Shown here: positions 1-9,888 of the stretch, piece by piece | How the letters are laid out: every line of letters starts with the position of its first letter | How positions within the stretch are numbered: position 1 is the stretch's first letter | DNA from: an uncultured Acidobacteriota bacterium | GTDB taxonomy: Bacteria; Acidobacteriota; Thermoanaerobaculia; Multivoradales; UBA5704 | Assembly: GCA_963700145.1 (NCBI GenBank) | Contig: OY969474.1 | Coordinates: 3,232,001-3,296,000, forward strand | Direction: 5' to 3' | DNA length: 64,000 bases | The notes under the pieces: generated by a model | What the model saw: only the letters and a program-made list of their open reading frames with translations | Database searches by the model: none | What the model was told of the DNA's origin: nothing | Translations under genes and position numbers: made by a program

Positions 1-340
1 GAACGTGCGATCGCTCATGTGATGACGAGAAGTAATCGACCTCTTCCCCCAGGAAGCGCTTCTTCCCGACGACGATGTCGCAATCCGAGATTCCACGGTA
101 ACCTGCATTCTTGCTCGATGCGTGCACATATTCATGGTGATCTCGCGGCCACCACCCCCCCATGCAGACGACATCTGGAGGATCGCGCATCTCGCCGATC
201 GCATTCAGGATATCTGGGCTAGAGATTGGTGAATAACGATAGTTAGAGTCCTTCTCGGCTTCGATCGACATCACGAGTCGACCGTCTTCAAGAAGGGCGA
301 CAGCCCCATCGTGGCCCGGATTATACGAGAGGATCCTCAC
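1..340 (-). CDS. Carbamoyltransferase (CmcH/NodU/TobZ-like), N-terminal Kae1-like domain; runs off the left window edge
   Basis: Manual translation from GTG at 340: MRILSYNPGHDGAVALLEDGRLVMSIEAEKDS...SSSHERSHV. The GHD motif and HxxSH metal motif match the family. Visibly lower GC than the backbone. Not in the ORF track. Confidence 0.8.
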   Translation of the reverse strand, partial: MRILSYNPGHDGAVALLEDGRLVMSIEAEKDSNYRYSPISSPDILNAIGEMRDPPDVVCMGGWWPRDHHEYVHASSKNAGYRGISDCDIVVGKKRFLGEEVDYFSSSHERSHV

Positions 341-761
341 GGGGTGCCTTTTCCACTTGAGCTTTCCGAGCCCTACGCGTCACGCATGATATCCTGCACA
401 GTCAAGGTTGCATCATCGGGCCAGATACCTGCGGGAATCCCACGCGATAGCCCATCGCCTGCCACGCCGATGAGTGGCTAGGTCATCGCGAGAGAACAGC
501 GACTATGCACTTCTCCGGAATTCAGCTGCCTCAGCTTTGCGCCATGAGGCACCGTCGTGAAGCGGACATTCTAGGGCTCGGCTCCGGCACGACGAGACAC
601 CCGCCAAAGTTGATGGTCGGACGAGTTGGGCGCTTCTTTCGCCAGAAGACCGATGGCTGGATGCACTGAGCCCTGCCCAACTAGACGCGAACGGGCGTCG
701 CCTTAGCGTGCAGACGGATGATTGATGCTCTGCAAACATCGCGGACGGCCACGTTCTTCGA

Positions 762-1272
762 GGGATAGGGAGTTGCCTTTCAGCGTACCCAGCCTACGAC
801 GGCCCTGGGCGCTCGGGAGTGCGCTGGGAGGCGCAGGATGCGGCGGCAGGCGGGGGTGGCCACGATGCAGTTGGGGGTTGGGGGGATGGGGATAGCCGGG
901 GTGCCGTCAGGGATGGCGAGGGGGCGAGACGGGTGCGGCGGCAGGGGTTCGAGGCGGACCTCTGCGGTAGCCGGCGAGGAACGGCGGGCTGTGGGAGGCA
1001 CCTCAGGAGGCAGCGCGGGGTGGGAGCGGAGATCTGCTCGGACGGGGCTCGCGAGGGGCGCCTGCCTTGGCCCTCGATGCGGCCAGGATCTGGCGGATGG
1101 ATGCGGGCTCTTGGATGAACGCGACGACCCGCATCGGCGAGCCGCAGTGGCGACAGGTCGGCGGGCCGGCCTCGTAGACGGGGCGCAGCAACTGCGCCCA
1201 GGCCGGCACTGGCGGCGGCGTTGCGCCGTGTCGTCCGTCTTGGCCGCTCGACGTCGGCGGTGGCACCGGCAC
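762..1272 (-). mobile_element. IS91/ISCR-family (Y2 HUH transposase) 3' remnant with oriIS-like end
   Basis: 1003-1272(-) encodes WAQLLRPVYEAGPPTCRHCGSPMRVVAFIQEPASIRQIL, resembling the C-terminal CxxC motif of IS91/ISCR transposases. Minus-strand GGCAACTCCCTATCCC at about 762-777 resembles the ISCR oriIS end. No full transposase. Confidence 0.6.
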
Positions 1273-1289
1273 GCTGGTCTGAGCTGCTC

Positions 1290-1620
1290 ATCGCCGCCGA
1301 CGCTCACTGTCGGGTCATCGTCGTGGATCGCGAAGTCGCCACGCTCGCGAGCGCGCGGCGGCGTGTGGGCCGCCGGGGCTGGCTCGTCGTCGCCAGCGCC
1401 GGAGAGCTACCGCTGCGCCGGGAGTCCGTCGACCGCGCGCTGCCAAGTCTCGTCTTCCACCGCCTGCCGCCTGTCGTCAAGCGCGCCGCTCTCGCCGAGA
1501 TCCGCACTGCGCGTCGGCCCAGCACTGGTTCTGCCTGCTCGACTTCGACCGGCCTCGCGATCCGCTCTCGTGGGTCATCGGGCTGGCGGTTCGCTCCTTC
1601 GACGGCTGGGCGAACACGCG
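1290..1620 (+). pseudogene. Class I SAM-dependent methyltransferase fragment
   Basis: VIVVDREV...ASAGELPLRRESVDRALPSLVFHRL...KRAALAEI resembles the post-motif-I part of Methyltransf_11. Motif I and a start are missing, and the frame shifts near LLDF. Confidence 0.45.
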
Positions 1621-1831
1621 TGACGACTTCGCCGGCAGGCTGCCGGCCCTCATCGAGAGAGCAAGATTGGACACACCCGTAGAGCTGGCTCGCGAGTGGG
1701 CGGTCGTCGGTCCCCCCGTCTACAGTCCGGCACGCCGGGCGTGACGCGGGGCGGCTTCGAAAGTGCCCAAGGTCCGTCGCGGCGGTCGACAGCCGCTATC
1801 CCCCTAAATCTAATGGGGTCCACGGATTGGC

Positions 1832-1907
1832 TGGTAGCGCATACGGGATTCGAACCCGTGTTACCGCCGTGAGAGGGCGGCGTCCTGGACCCCTAGACGA
1901 ATGCGCC
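1832..1907 (-). tRNA. tRNA-Glu (CTC)
   Basis: Reverse complement GGCGCATTCGTCTAGGGGTCCAGGACGCCGCCCTCTCACGGCGGTAACACGGGTTCGAATCCCGTATGCGCTACCA: cloverleaf, GTTCGAATC T-loop, CTC anticodon, encoded CCA. Confidence 0.97.
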
Positions 1908-2020
1908 ACGTGTCCCGGTCGGGACGGCCGGTAGGCTAGCACAGGGCTCCAACAGCGGACAACCCGGAGGCCATTCCAAACGGGCTCGCGGGCGGGCGTG
2001 CTGGTGTACCGTTTCGAGCT

Positions 2021-2458
2021 ATGAGCTACGACCGTTTCCCTTCTCTCCTCGGCGCCGTCGTCCTGTCGCTCCTGGTGGGCTGCCAGCCGGCGCCGCCGAC
2101 CCCGGAGCCGCCGCCCTCGCCGGAGCCGCCGACCCCGGAGCCACAGGCCTGCACCATGATCGGCTGCTCCGACGGGCTCAACGTCGTGGTGGAGAACGCT
2201 CCCGCTCCTCCTTACACCGTCGAGGTAATCCTCCCGAATGGCACCCGCCGCACCTCCCGCTGCGAGGCCGTGCCCGGCTGCGACGCGGGTCTCTTCGTCG
2301 AGGGCATCACGGCCGAAGAGGTGACGGTTCGCGTCACCGCCGGCGCGGGGAGCAGCTCGCAGGTCGTCCGGCCACGCTACGAGACAGCGCAGCCGAACGG
2401 ACCGGGCTGCCCGCCCGTCTGCAAGCAGGCGCGCGTGCAGGTACGCTACGCGCCGTGA
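2021..2458 (+). CDS. Hypothetical Cys-rich lipoprotein
   Basis: Lipobox LLVGC, Pro-rich linker, six further Cys (CTMIGC...PNGPGCPPVC). Confidence 0.7.
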   Translation: MSYDRFPSLLGAVVLSLLVGCQPAPPTPEPPPSPEPPTPEPQACTMIGCSDGLNVVVENAPAPPYTVEVILPNGTRRTSRCEAVPGCDAGLFVEGITAEEVTVRVTAGAGSSSQVVRPRYETAQPNGPGCPPVCKQARVQVRYAP

Positions 2459-2485
2459 CCCCTTAGAGGGGCCCTTCGGAACCGC

Positions 2486-4075
2486 TTGAGCCTCCGCCTC
2501 ATCGCCGACGGCGATCGCACCTTCGTCCTACCGGGCGGGCGCGCCTATACCGTCGGACGCTCGGAGCATTGCGACCTGCCGGTGCGCGAGCCCACCGTCT
2601 CGCGCCGCCACGCCGAGCTCGAGCCGGACGGCGCCACCCTGCGGGTGCGCGACCTCGGCTCGACGAACGGCACCTTCCTGAACGGCAAGCGGGTGGCCGA
2701 AGCGGTCGCCCGCGCCGGCGACACCCTCGCCTTCGGCAAGCTCGCCTTCGCGCTCGAGGAGCTGCCGAGCGAGCCGGCGGCCGGCGTCGAGGAGCTCCTC
2801 GACGCCACGATCCTGCGCCAGGTGCCGGTGCGCGCCCCGGGCGAGCCGGCCGCGCCCGGCAGCGGCACGATGGGCGGCCTCGGCACGGTCAACGCCTCGG
2901 TCCTCCGCCGCGCCGGCTCGGACGCGGAGCGCCAGGCGCTGCAGCTCGCCCTCCTCCTCGACATCGCCCAGACGCTGTCGCGCCAGGCCGAGCTCGACCG
3001 CCTGCTCGAGAAGGTGGCCGACGTCGCCTTCGAGGTGATGAGCGCCGACCGGGTGGGGGTCTTGACCGGCGCCTCGGGCGAGGCGCTGGTGCCGCGCATC
3101 TGGCGCACCCGCGGCGAGGAGATGAAGGCGCCGGCGTCGGTGCCGCGGGCGGTGGCGCGCAAGGCGATGGAGGAGCGGCTGGCGCTGCTCATCGAGAACG
3201 CCCCCGACGACAGCCGCTTCGGCGAGGGCACGATGCACTCGCACGGCGTGCAGAGCGCCATGTGCGCGCCGCTCTTGGGCTCGCGCGGCTGCCTGGGGAT
3301 CGTCTACCTCGACAACCTCTCGCTCATCCACTCCTTCGACGCCGGCGACCTCGACTTCCTCTCGGCCTTCGCCGGCATCGTCGCGGTGGCGATCGAGAAC
3401 AGCGAGCTGGTCGAGCAGGTGCGGCGCGAGGCGGTGGTGCTGTCGAACTTCCAGCGCTACTTCGCGCCCGACCTGGCGGCCGAGATCGCCGGCCACGCCG
3501 AACGGGTGCAGCTCGGCGGCACGAGGACGCGCGTCGCCGTCCTCTTCTCCGACATCCGCGGCTTCACCGCGCTCTCCGAGGGGCTGGCGCCGGAGGAGAC
3601 GGCGGGCCTCCTCAATGACTACTTCACCGAGATGGTGGAGATCGTCTTCCAGCACGGCGGCACGCTCGACAAGTTCATCGGCGACGCGCTGATGGCGCTG
3701 TGGGGCGCGCCGCTCGCCCGCCCCGACGACGCCGACCGCGCGGTCGAGGCGGCGGTGGCGATGCAGCGCGGCCTGGCGCGGCTCAACGAAGCCTGGGCGG
3801 CGCGCGGGCGGCCGCGGCTGGAGGTGGGGATCGGCCTCTCGGCCGGCGAGGTCTTCGCCGGCAACGTCGGCAGCGAGCGGCGGCTGGAGTACACGGTCCT
3901 CGGCGACGCGGTGAACACCGCCTCCCACCTCTGCGCCGAAGCGCAGGGCGGCGAGATCCTGATCGCCGAGCCCCTCCGCGCCGCCCTCGCCGCCCCGCCG
4001 CCGCTCGCGCCCGTCGCGGCGATGCAGCTCAAGGGGAAGGCGCAGGTGGTGGCGGTGTACCGGGTGGCGTGGTGA
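2486..4075 (+). CDS. FHA-GAF-class III adenylate/guanylate cyclase
   Basis: FHA motifs GRS...SRRH...STNGT; GAF region; cyclase motifs FSDIRGFT, DKFIGD, YTVLGDAVN. Confidence 0.9.
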   Translation: MSLRLIADGDRTFVLPGGRAYTVGRSEHCDLPVREPTVSRRHAELEPDGATLRVRDLGSTNGTFLNGKRVAEAVARAGDTLAFGKLAFALEELPSEPAAGVEELLDATILRQVPVRAPGEPAAPGSGTMGGLGTVNASVLRRAGSDAERQALQLALLLDIAQTLSRQAELDRLLEKVADVAFEVMSADRVGVLTGASGEALVPRIWRTRGEEMKAPASVPRAVARKAMEERLALLIENAPDDSRFGEGTMHSHGVQSAMCAPLLGSRGCLGIVYLDNLSLIHSFDAGDLDFLSAFAGIVAVAIENSELVEQVRREAVVLSNFQRYFAPDLAAEIAGHAERVQLGGTRTRVAVLFSDIRGFTALSEGLAPEETAGLLNDYFTEMVEIVFQHGGTLDKFIGDALMALWGAPLARPDDADRAVEAAVAMQRGLARLNEAWAARGRPRLEVGIGLSAGEVFAGNVGSERRLEYTVLGDAVNTASHLCAEAQGGEILIAEPLRAALAAPPPLAPVAAMQLKGKAQVVAVYRVAW

Positions 4076-4078
4076 ACC

Positions 4079-4483
4079 TCAGGTGAGCAGCTCGTAGCGG
4101 ACGCCGACCGCCTCGTAGGCCTGGAGGGCGCGGCGGTCGCGAGTGAGCAGCGTGGCACCTGCTTGCTTAGCGGTCGCGGCCACCAGGGCATCGTAGATCG
4201 CTCCCCCCGCCAGCCCCGCGCTGACGGCGAGACGCACCAGGTCCCGCTGCTGGTCTCCGAGCAGCGTCAAGGGAGTGGCCGGGAAGCGGGCGGCGAGGAA
4301 TCGCTCGACGACGTCGGCCGGGGCGCGGTGCGGCGGAGGCAGCCTCGTCAGGACGGAAAAACTCTCGATCACCACGTGGGCGGGGATGCGGGGCCGGCGC
4401 GCGAGCGCCGCGATCGCGCCAGCGTGTCCCTCGTGCCAGACGGCAAATGCCGCCACGACGACGCTGGTGTCGAGCGCGATCAA
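4079..4483 (-). CDS. vapC: VapC-family PIN-domain toxin
   Basis: IALDTSVV...E...IYDALVAATA...LLTRD acidic PIN residues; overlaps the antitoxin stop. Confidence 0.88.
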   Translation of the reverse strand: MIALDTSVVVAAFAVWHEGHAGAIAALARRPRIPAHVVIESFSVLTRLPPPHRAPADVVERFLAARFPATPLTLLGDQQRDLVRLAVSAGLAGGAIYDALVAATAKQAGATLLTRDRRALQAYEAVGVRYELLT

Positions 4484-4725
4484 CGCCGCGAGCGTTCGAG
4501 CGTGGCGCGGACGACATCGTCGGTCAGGGGCGGCAAGCGCCGCTCCGGCACTGCCGCCAGTCCGCCTTTTGTCTTGGCGAGCGTCATCGGCGTCGCCGCC
4601 GGCTCGAGCTCGATCCGGCCTTCCCGCTCGCGCAGCTCCAGAACCTCGCCGCCGTTGAGGCCGAGACGCTCACGCAGAGACTTGGGGATCACGACCCGAC
4701 CGGCGGCGTCCATGGTCGTCTTCAT
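4480..4725 (-). CDS. vapB: AbrB/MazE/SpoVT-family antitoxin
   Basis: MKTTMDAAGRVVIPKSLRERLGL is an AbrB fold. Inverted repeat ATGGTA...TACCAT at about 4724-4741 overlaps the start (likely operator). Confidence 0.88.
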   Translation of the reverse strand: MKTTMDAAGRVVIPKSLRERLGLNGGEVLELREREGRIELEPAATPMTLAKTKGGLAAVPERRLPPLTDDVVRATLERSRR

Positions 4726-4767
4726 GGTAGAACCATACCATTGGTCCGCCCATCGGGCGGCCGCAGG

Positions 4768-7464
4768 TCACTCGACGCGCAGGGTCGTCATCGGGTCGAC
4801 GCGGGTGGCGCGGAGAGCCGGGAGGAGGGAGGCGGCGAAGGCGGTGGCTGCTAGGACTGCCGCGGCGGCGGCGAGGCTTGCGGGGTCGGCGGGGGCGACG
4901 CCGTAGAGGAGGCCGGCGAGGCCTCGGCTGGCGGCGGCGGCCAGGGGGAGGCCGACGAGGAGGCCGAGGGCGCAGAGACCGAGCGCCCAGGCGGTGGTCG
5001 TCCAGGCGACGCGCGCCGAGCCGGCGCCGAGGGCGATGCGGATCGCGATCTCGCGCCGCCGCGCCGCCAGGGTGAAGGCGATCAGGCCGTAGAGGCCGAC
5101 CGCGGCCAGGACCAGCGCGATGACGGCGAAGAGGCCGAGGAGGACCGCCAGGAGGCGCTCGCGGCGGGTGGCCTCGGCGAGCACGCTGGACAGGGTGCGC
5201 GCGTCGTAGAGCGGCAGCTCGGGGTCGAGCCGGGCGACGCGCGCGCGCAGCGGCGGCAGCAGCGCCGCCGGGTCGCCGGCGCGCGCCCGCAGCAGCAGCG
5301 AGGCGCCGCGCAGCGGCAGGTCCGCCAGCTCGCCCGTGGTCTCCTGCCCCAGCGGGACGAAGACCTCCATGGAGTCGGCCGCCGCCAGGCTCTGCACCCG
5401 CTCGTCGGCGACCACCCCCACCACCGTCCGCCAGAGCGTCTCCTCCATCCCCTCGATCGCCAGCCGGTTGCCGAGCGGATTGCGGCCGCCGAAGAGCCGC
5501 CGCGCCAGGGTCTGGTTGATGACGACGACTGGCGGCGATGCCGCGTCGGTGCCGGGGTCGAAGCCGGGACCGCGCAGCAGGCGCACGCCGGCGGTGCGGA
5601 AGTACTCGGGGGTGACGATGCGCCGGTTGACGTCGATCACGGCCTCCGCGGCCGGCCGCCCTTCGAGGACGATGTCCGTCGTCCAGTTGCGCCCCTCGAG
5701 CCCGAGGCTGCTGGCGAGGGCGGCGTCCGCCACGCCGGGCAGGGCCCGCGCCTCGGCGAGGAGGCGCTGGTAGAAGGCGTGGACCTGCGCCTTCTCGGGA
5801 TAGCGCGCTCCCGGCAGCGCGAGGTCGACGGCGACGCGCCCCTCGGGGCGGAAGCCGGGGTCGACCGCCGTCAGCGCGCCCAGGCTGCGCAGCGTGATCG
5901 CCGCGCCCGCCAGCAGGACCATCGCCAGCGCCACCTCGGCAAAGACCAGGAAGCCGCGGCTCCACGGACCCTCCCGGCCCGCGGTGACGCGGCCGCCGCC
6001 CTGCCCGCGCAGCAACGGCGCGGGCGGCGCGCTCGCCAGGCGCAAGGCGGGTACCACGCCGAAGAGGAGCACCGCGAGGACGGTGGCGCCGAGCGCCGCG
6101 CCGAGCGCGGCCAGGCTGGTCCCCACCTCGTGGGCGCGCGGCAGGGTGTCGGCGGCGAGCCGCAGCAGCAGGCGGGTGCCGGCGGCGCCGAGCAGCGCGC
6201 CCACCGCACCGCCGAGGGCGGCGAGGACGAGGCTCTCGGTCACCAGTTGCCGCGCCAGCCGGCCGCGCGAGGCGCCCAGCGCGCCGCGCAGGCCCAGCTC
6301 GTGCGCCCGCGCGCCGGAGCGGGCGAGGAGCAGGCCGGCGGTGTTGGCGCAGGTGACGAGGAGGAGGGTGACGACGGCGGCGAGGAGCACCAGGAGCGGG
6401 CGGCGGACGTCCCCCACCAGCACCTCCTTGAGCGGCGTCGCGCCGGCGCCCATCAGCCGGTTGGTGTCGGGATAGCGGCGCTCGAGGCGCGCCGCGACGG
6501 CGGCGAGCTCGGCGTTGGCCGCGGCGACCGAGACGCCGGGCCGCAGGCGGGCCACGCCGTGCAGGAAGTGCGCGCGCCGGAACCACACCTCGCCGGCGGC
6601 GCTGCGCGGGAATTCCGACGGCACCCAGACGTCGAGGCCGGGCCGGGGGTAGGCGAAGCCGCGCGGCGCGACCCCGACGATCGTGCGCGGCTCGCCGTCG
6701 AGCTCGATGCGGCGCCCCAGGACCCTGGGGTCCCCCGCGAAGCGGCGGCGCCAGAGGTCGTGGCTGATGATCACCGTCCGCTCGCCCCCTTCCCAGTGCT
6801 CTTCGGCGTGGAAGTCGCGGCCGAGCCGCGGCGGCACGCCCAGGACGGTGAAGAAGCGGCCGAAGACGTCCACCCCCTCGACGCGCTCGGGGCGGCCGCC
6901 GCCGCCAAGCGCCCACCCGCCGACCCAGCCGCGGGCGGTCGCGCCCTCGAACGCCTTCACCTGCTCGCGCCAGTCGAGGAGGTTGGCCGGCGCCACCGAC
7001 TCGCGCTCCCAGCCGCGCTCGGGGTTGCTCTCCCAGAGCGCGACGAGCCGGTCGGGCGCCGGGTAGGGGAGCGGCGCGAGCAGGACGGCGTGGACGATCG
7101 GCACGATCGCCGTCACCGCGCCGATGCCGAGCCCGAGGACGACGATCGCGGTGGCGCTGAACGCCGGCTCCTTGCGCAGGACGCGCAGCGACCAGCGCAG
7201 GTCCCGCGTCGTGGTCTCGAAGAACGGCAGGCCGCGCTCGTCGCGGCAGGCCTCGCGCACCTGCTCGACGCCGCCGAAGTCGCGCAGCGCCGCCCGGCGC
7301 GCCGCCTCCGGCGTCAGGCCGCGGGCGCGGTGGCGCTCGGTCTCCATCTCGAGGTGGAAGCGCAGCTCCTCCTCGGTCTCGCGGTCGCGGGCGGCGGCGC
7401 GGGGCAGCGTCCGCAGCCGGTGGAGGAGGCTGCGCAGCGCCGGCCGCGCCCGCCCGCCGGTCAT
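4768..7464 (-). CDS. ADOP-type (acidobacterial duplicated orphan permease) MacB/FtsX-like ABC permease
   Basis: Permease-prefix [11 protein letters not shown]...FGGVEQVRE; two MacB/FtsX halves ([22 protein letters not shown]); ends [12 protein letters not shown] at 7464 overlaps the padR stop. Confidence 0.88.
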   Translation of the reverse strand: MTGGRARPALRSLLHRLRTLPRAAARDRETEEELRFHLEMETERHRARGLTPEAARRAALRDFGGVEQVREACRDERGLPFFETTTRDLRWSLRVLRKEPAFSATAIVVLGLGIGAVTAIVPIVHAVLLAPLPYPAPDRLVALWESNPERGWERESVAPANLLDWREQVKAFEGATARGWVGGWALGGGGRPERVEGVDVFGRFFTVLGVPPRLGRDFHAEEHWEGGERTVIISHDLWRRRFAGDPRVLGRRIELDGEPRTIVGVAPRGFAYPRPGLDVWVPSEFPRSAAGEVWFRRAHFLHGVARLRPGVSVAAANAELAAVAARLERRYPDTNRLMGAGATPLKEVLVGDVRRPLLVLLAAVVTLLLVTCANTAGLLLARSGARAHELGLRGALGASRGRLARQLVTESLVLAALGGAVGALLGAAGTRLLLRLAADTLPRAHEVGTSLAALGAALGATVLAVLLFGVVPALRLASAPPAPLLRGQGGGRVTAGREGPWSRGFLVFAEVALAMVLLAGAAITLRSLGALTAVDPGFRPEGRVAVDLALPGARYPEKAQVHAFYQRLLAEARALPGVADAALASSLGLEGRNWTTDIVLEGRPAAEAVIDVNRRIVTPEYFRTAGVRLLRGPGFDPGTDAASPPVVVINQTLARRLFGGRNPLGNRLAIEGMEETLWRTVVGVVADERVQSLAAADSMEVFVPLGQETTGELADLPLRGASLLLRARAGDPAALLPPLRARVARLDPELPLYDARTLSSVLAEATRRERLLAVLLGLFAVIALVLAAVGLYGLIAFTLAARRREIAIRIALGAGSARVAWTTTAWALGLCALGLLVGLPLAAAASRGLAGLLYGVAPADPASLAAAAAVLAATAFAASLLPALRATRVDPMTTLRVE

Positions 7465-7793
7465 GAGGTGCGGAGCACCTGGAAGACGGCCGCGGCCAGC
7501 CGCTCCCAGCTCTCCGTCTCCGCGGCCAGCCCGCGCCGCCCGGCGGCGGTCAGCTCGTAGTAGCGGGCGCGGCGGTTGTTCTCGGAAGGCCCCCAGGACG
7601 AGCGGATCCACCCCTGGCGCTCCAGCCGGTGGACCGCCGGGTAGAGCGAGCCCTGCTGCACTTGCAGCACCTCGTCCGACATCTGCCGCAGCCGCTGCGC
7701 GATCCCCCAGCCGTGCATCGGGCCGCCGGCGAGGGCCTTGAGGATGAGCATGTCGAGCGTGCCCTGCAGGAGGTCCGACTTGTCGCTGGCCAT
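7461..7793 (-). CDS. PadR-family transcriptional regulator (acidobacterial type)
   Basis: [14 protein letters not shown]...HGWGIA...[11 protein letters not shown]...[13 protein letters not shown]. Confidence 0.93.
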   Translation of the reverse strand: MASDKSDLLQGTLDMLILKALAGGPMHGWGIAQRLRQMSDEVLQVQQGSLYPAVHRLERQGWIRSSWGPSENNRRARYYELTAAGRRGLAAETESWERLAAAVFQVLRTS

Positions 7794-7804
7794 GCGGCTC
7801 GCGT

Positions 7805-7863
7805 CTCCCTTTGACGTTCTACAGGAGGAGGGTAGGACCGCTCCTGTCGATTGTCAAGGGGAG
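7805..7863 (-). promoter_or_regulatory. Sigma70 promoter with two palindromic operator boxes for the padR-permease operon
   Basis: Minus strand TTGACA-17 nt-TACCCT. Two related 23-nt imperfect palindromes: CTCCCCTTGACAATCGACAGGAG and CTCCTGTAGAACGTCAAAGGGAG. Confidence 0.65.
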
Positions 7864-7875
7864 CCGCGCGGCAGC

Positions 7876-8268
7876 TCAGTCCAACTGGCGAAGGTAGATC
7901 TTGACCCCGTCGGGGTCGTGGGTCTCGAAGAGGAGGCTCTCGGCATCGCGGCGGAGGCCGCCGGGGATCTCCTTGTCGCGGAAGAGAATCTCTTCATACG
8001 CCTTCTCGGCCGAGGGGACCTGGAAGACCAGCAGCAGCTTGTGCTCCGGGCCCTGGTACTCGAAGACCTCGTCGTAGTCGCCGGAGTCGTCGCTGGCCGG
8101 GCGCCCAACGACCTCGATCACGCCGGGGCCGGCCAGGTAGAGGGCACCGCGCAGGTCCTCGCGCTCCCAGCTCGCGAGCCGCGGCAGCGCCAGCGACTCG
8201 CCGTAGAAGCGGCAGGTGCGCTCGAAGCTCCGCGCCCGCACCACCACCCGGAACTGTCTTATCTCCAT
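7876..8268 (-). CDS. VOC/glyoxalase-family protein
   Basis: RFYGESLAL...LFETHDPDGVKIYL beta-alpha-beta-beta-beta signature. Confidence 0.8.
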   Translation of the reverse strand: MEIRQFRVVVRARSFERTCRFYGESLALPRLASWEREDLRGALYLAGPGVIEVVGRPASDDSGDYDEVFEYQGPEHKLLLVFQVPSAEKAYEEILFRDKEIPGGLRRDAESLLFETHDPDGVKIYLRQLD

Positions 8269-8292
8269 AGGCAAGAGTGTATCCTTCGCCGG

Positions 8293-9888
8293 ATGACCGC
8301 GCGCCGCCTGCTCGGGCTCGCCTGCCTCCTGCCCCTCGCCTTCGCCGCCGCACAGGGCGCCCGCACGGCGGCGCAGGGGGAAGGGACCGCGCGGGCGCCC
8401 GTCGTCACCCTCGAAGGCCAGGCGCTGGCGGTGCCGGTGACCCTCGCGCCGGCCGGGCCGCTGGTCGCGCTGGCGCCGCTCGCCAACGCCCTCGAAGGAA
8501 CGCTGGCGCGCGACGCCGAGAGCGGCAGCTGGACCCTCACCCTGCGGCAGGCGCCCGAGAAGCCGATCGTCCTCGCGCCCGGCAGCTCGGTCGTGACCGT
8601 CGGCGACAACATCGTCTCGCTATCGCAGCCGGTCAACCTGGGCGACGGCGGCCCGCAGGTGCCGGTCGACTTCCTCGAGCGGACCTACGGCGCGCTCGCC
8701 GGCTACGCCTTCGAGTGGCGCCCCACCGAGGCGCGGCTCGCCATCGGCCAACGCACCGCCAGGCAGGTGCCGGTCGCCGTCGACGTCGTCCACCTCCAGG
8801 ACACGACGACCGTCGTCCTGCAGTTCGGCGAGATGCCGCGCTACCGCCTCGTCGAGACGCCGGCGGGGGTCGAGGTGGAGGTCCTCTCCGACCGGCTGGC
8901 GATCCCGGCGACCCCCGTCGTCCAGGACCCGCTGGTGCAGAGCGTGACCGTCGAGCCGCAGCGGGTGCGGATCGCGCTCGCCCCCGGCGCGCGGGCGGAG
9001 AGCTACGTCCTCGAGAACCCCTTCCGGCTGGTCTTCGACATCCACGCCACCGACCTGGCGCAGCCGGCCGGGCCGGCCTTCACCCCGCCGGCGCGCCCGA
9101 GCGGCATCCGCACGATCGTCCTCGACCCCGGCCACGGCGGCGCCGAGACCGGCGCCATCGGCCCGGGCGGCGCGGCCGAGAAGGACCTGACGCTGCAGCT
9201 CGCCCGCGCGCTCGCCGACCGGCTGGCCTCGCGCCTCGGCGTGCGCGTCGTCCTGACCCGCACCGCCGATGCCCTCCTGCCGCTCGAGAGCCGCACCGCG
9301 ATCGCCAACCAGAACAAGGGCGACCTCTTCGTCTCGATCCACCTGAACTCCTCGCGCGGCGCCGGCGCGCACGGCGCCGAGACCTACTTCCTGAGCGCGC
9401 AGGCGACCGACCCGCGCGCCGCCCGCGCCGCGGCGGCCGAGAACGCCGCGGCGGCCGGGGCACCCATGCCGACCGAGGGGGACGCGGACCCGCTCTACGA
9501 CCTGCAGCTCATCCTCTGGGACCTGGCGCAGAGCCACCACCTGGCCGAGAGCCAGCGCTTCGCCGGCCTGGTGCAGCAGGAGCTCAACCAGGCGCTGGCG
9601 TTGCGCGACCGCGGCGTCAAGCAGGCGCCGTTCCGCGTGCTCGTGGGTGCGGCGATGCCGGCGGTGCTGGTCGAGCTCGGCTTCCTCAGCAACCCCGAGG
9701 AGGAGAAGAAGCTCGGCCAGGCGACCTACCGCGCCGAGCTGGTCGAGGCGCTGGTGCGCGCGATCGGCCGCTACAAGGAGTCGGTCGAGCAGACCGCGCA
9801 GCCCGCGGCGCCGGCGCCGGCCGGGCCCGCCGGCGGACCCGCCCAGCCCGCTCAGCCAGGAAAGCCGCCGGGGCAGCCGCCGCGATGA
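8293..9888 (+). CDS. N-acetylmuramoyl-L-alanine amidase (Amidase_3, AmiC-like)
   Basis: Signal peptide from ATG 8293; IVLDPGHGG, EKDLTL, FVSIHLN, MPAVLVELGFLSN. Confidence 0.92.
   Translation: MTARRLLGLACLLPLAFAAAQGARTAAQGEGTARAPVVTLEGQALAVPVTLAPAGPLVALAPLANALEGTLARDAESGSWTLTLRQAPEKPIVLAPGSSVVTVGDNIVSLSQPVNLGDGGPQVPVDFLERTYGALAGYAFEWRPTEARLAIGQRTARQVPVAVDVVHLQDTTTVVLQFGEMPRYRLVETPAGVEVEVLSDRLAIPATPVVQDPLVQSVTVEPQRVRIALAPGARAESYVLENPFRLVFDIHATDLAQPAGPAFTPPARPSGIRTIVLDPGHGGAETGAIGPGGAAEKDLTLQLARALADRLASRLGVRVVLTRTADALLPLESRTAIANQNKGDLFVSIHLNSSRGAGAHGAETYFLSAQATDPRAARAAAAENAAAAGAPMPTEGDADPLYDLQLILWDLAQSHHLAESQRFAGLVQQELNQALALRDRGVKQAPFRVLVGAAMPAVLVELGFLSNPEEEKKLGQATYRAELVEALVRAIGRYKESVEQTAQPAAPAPAGPAGGPAQPAQPGKPPGQPPR

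Noticed and set aside
341..760. 78-aa ORF (503-739) in the low-GC spacer
   Set aside because: No RBS or motif; more likely the regulatory region of the carbamoyltransferase.
7738..8292. Long N-terminal extensions in the ORF track (amidase, murI, ALDH, gltX, P1 peptidase, LmuB-like, TonB receptor)
   Set aside because: They overlap other genes, tRNAs or promoters; downstream starts fit RBS, coupling or domain boundaries better.
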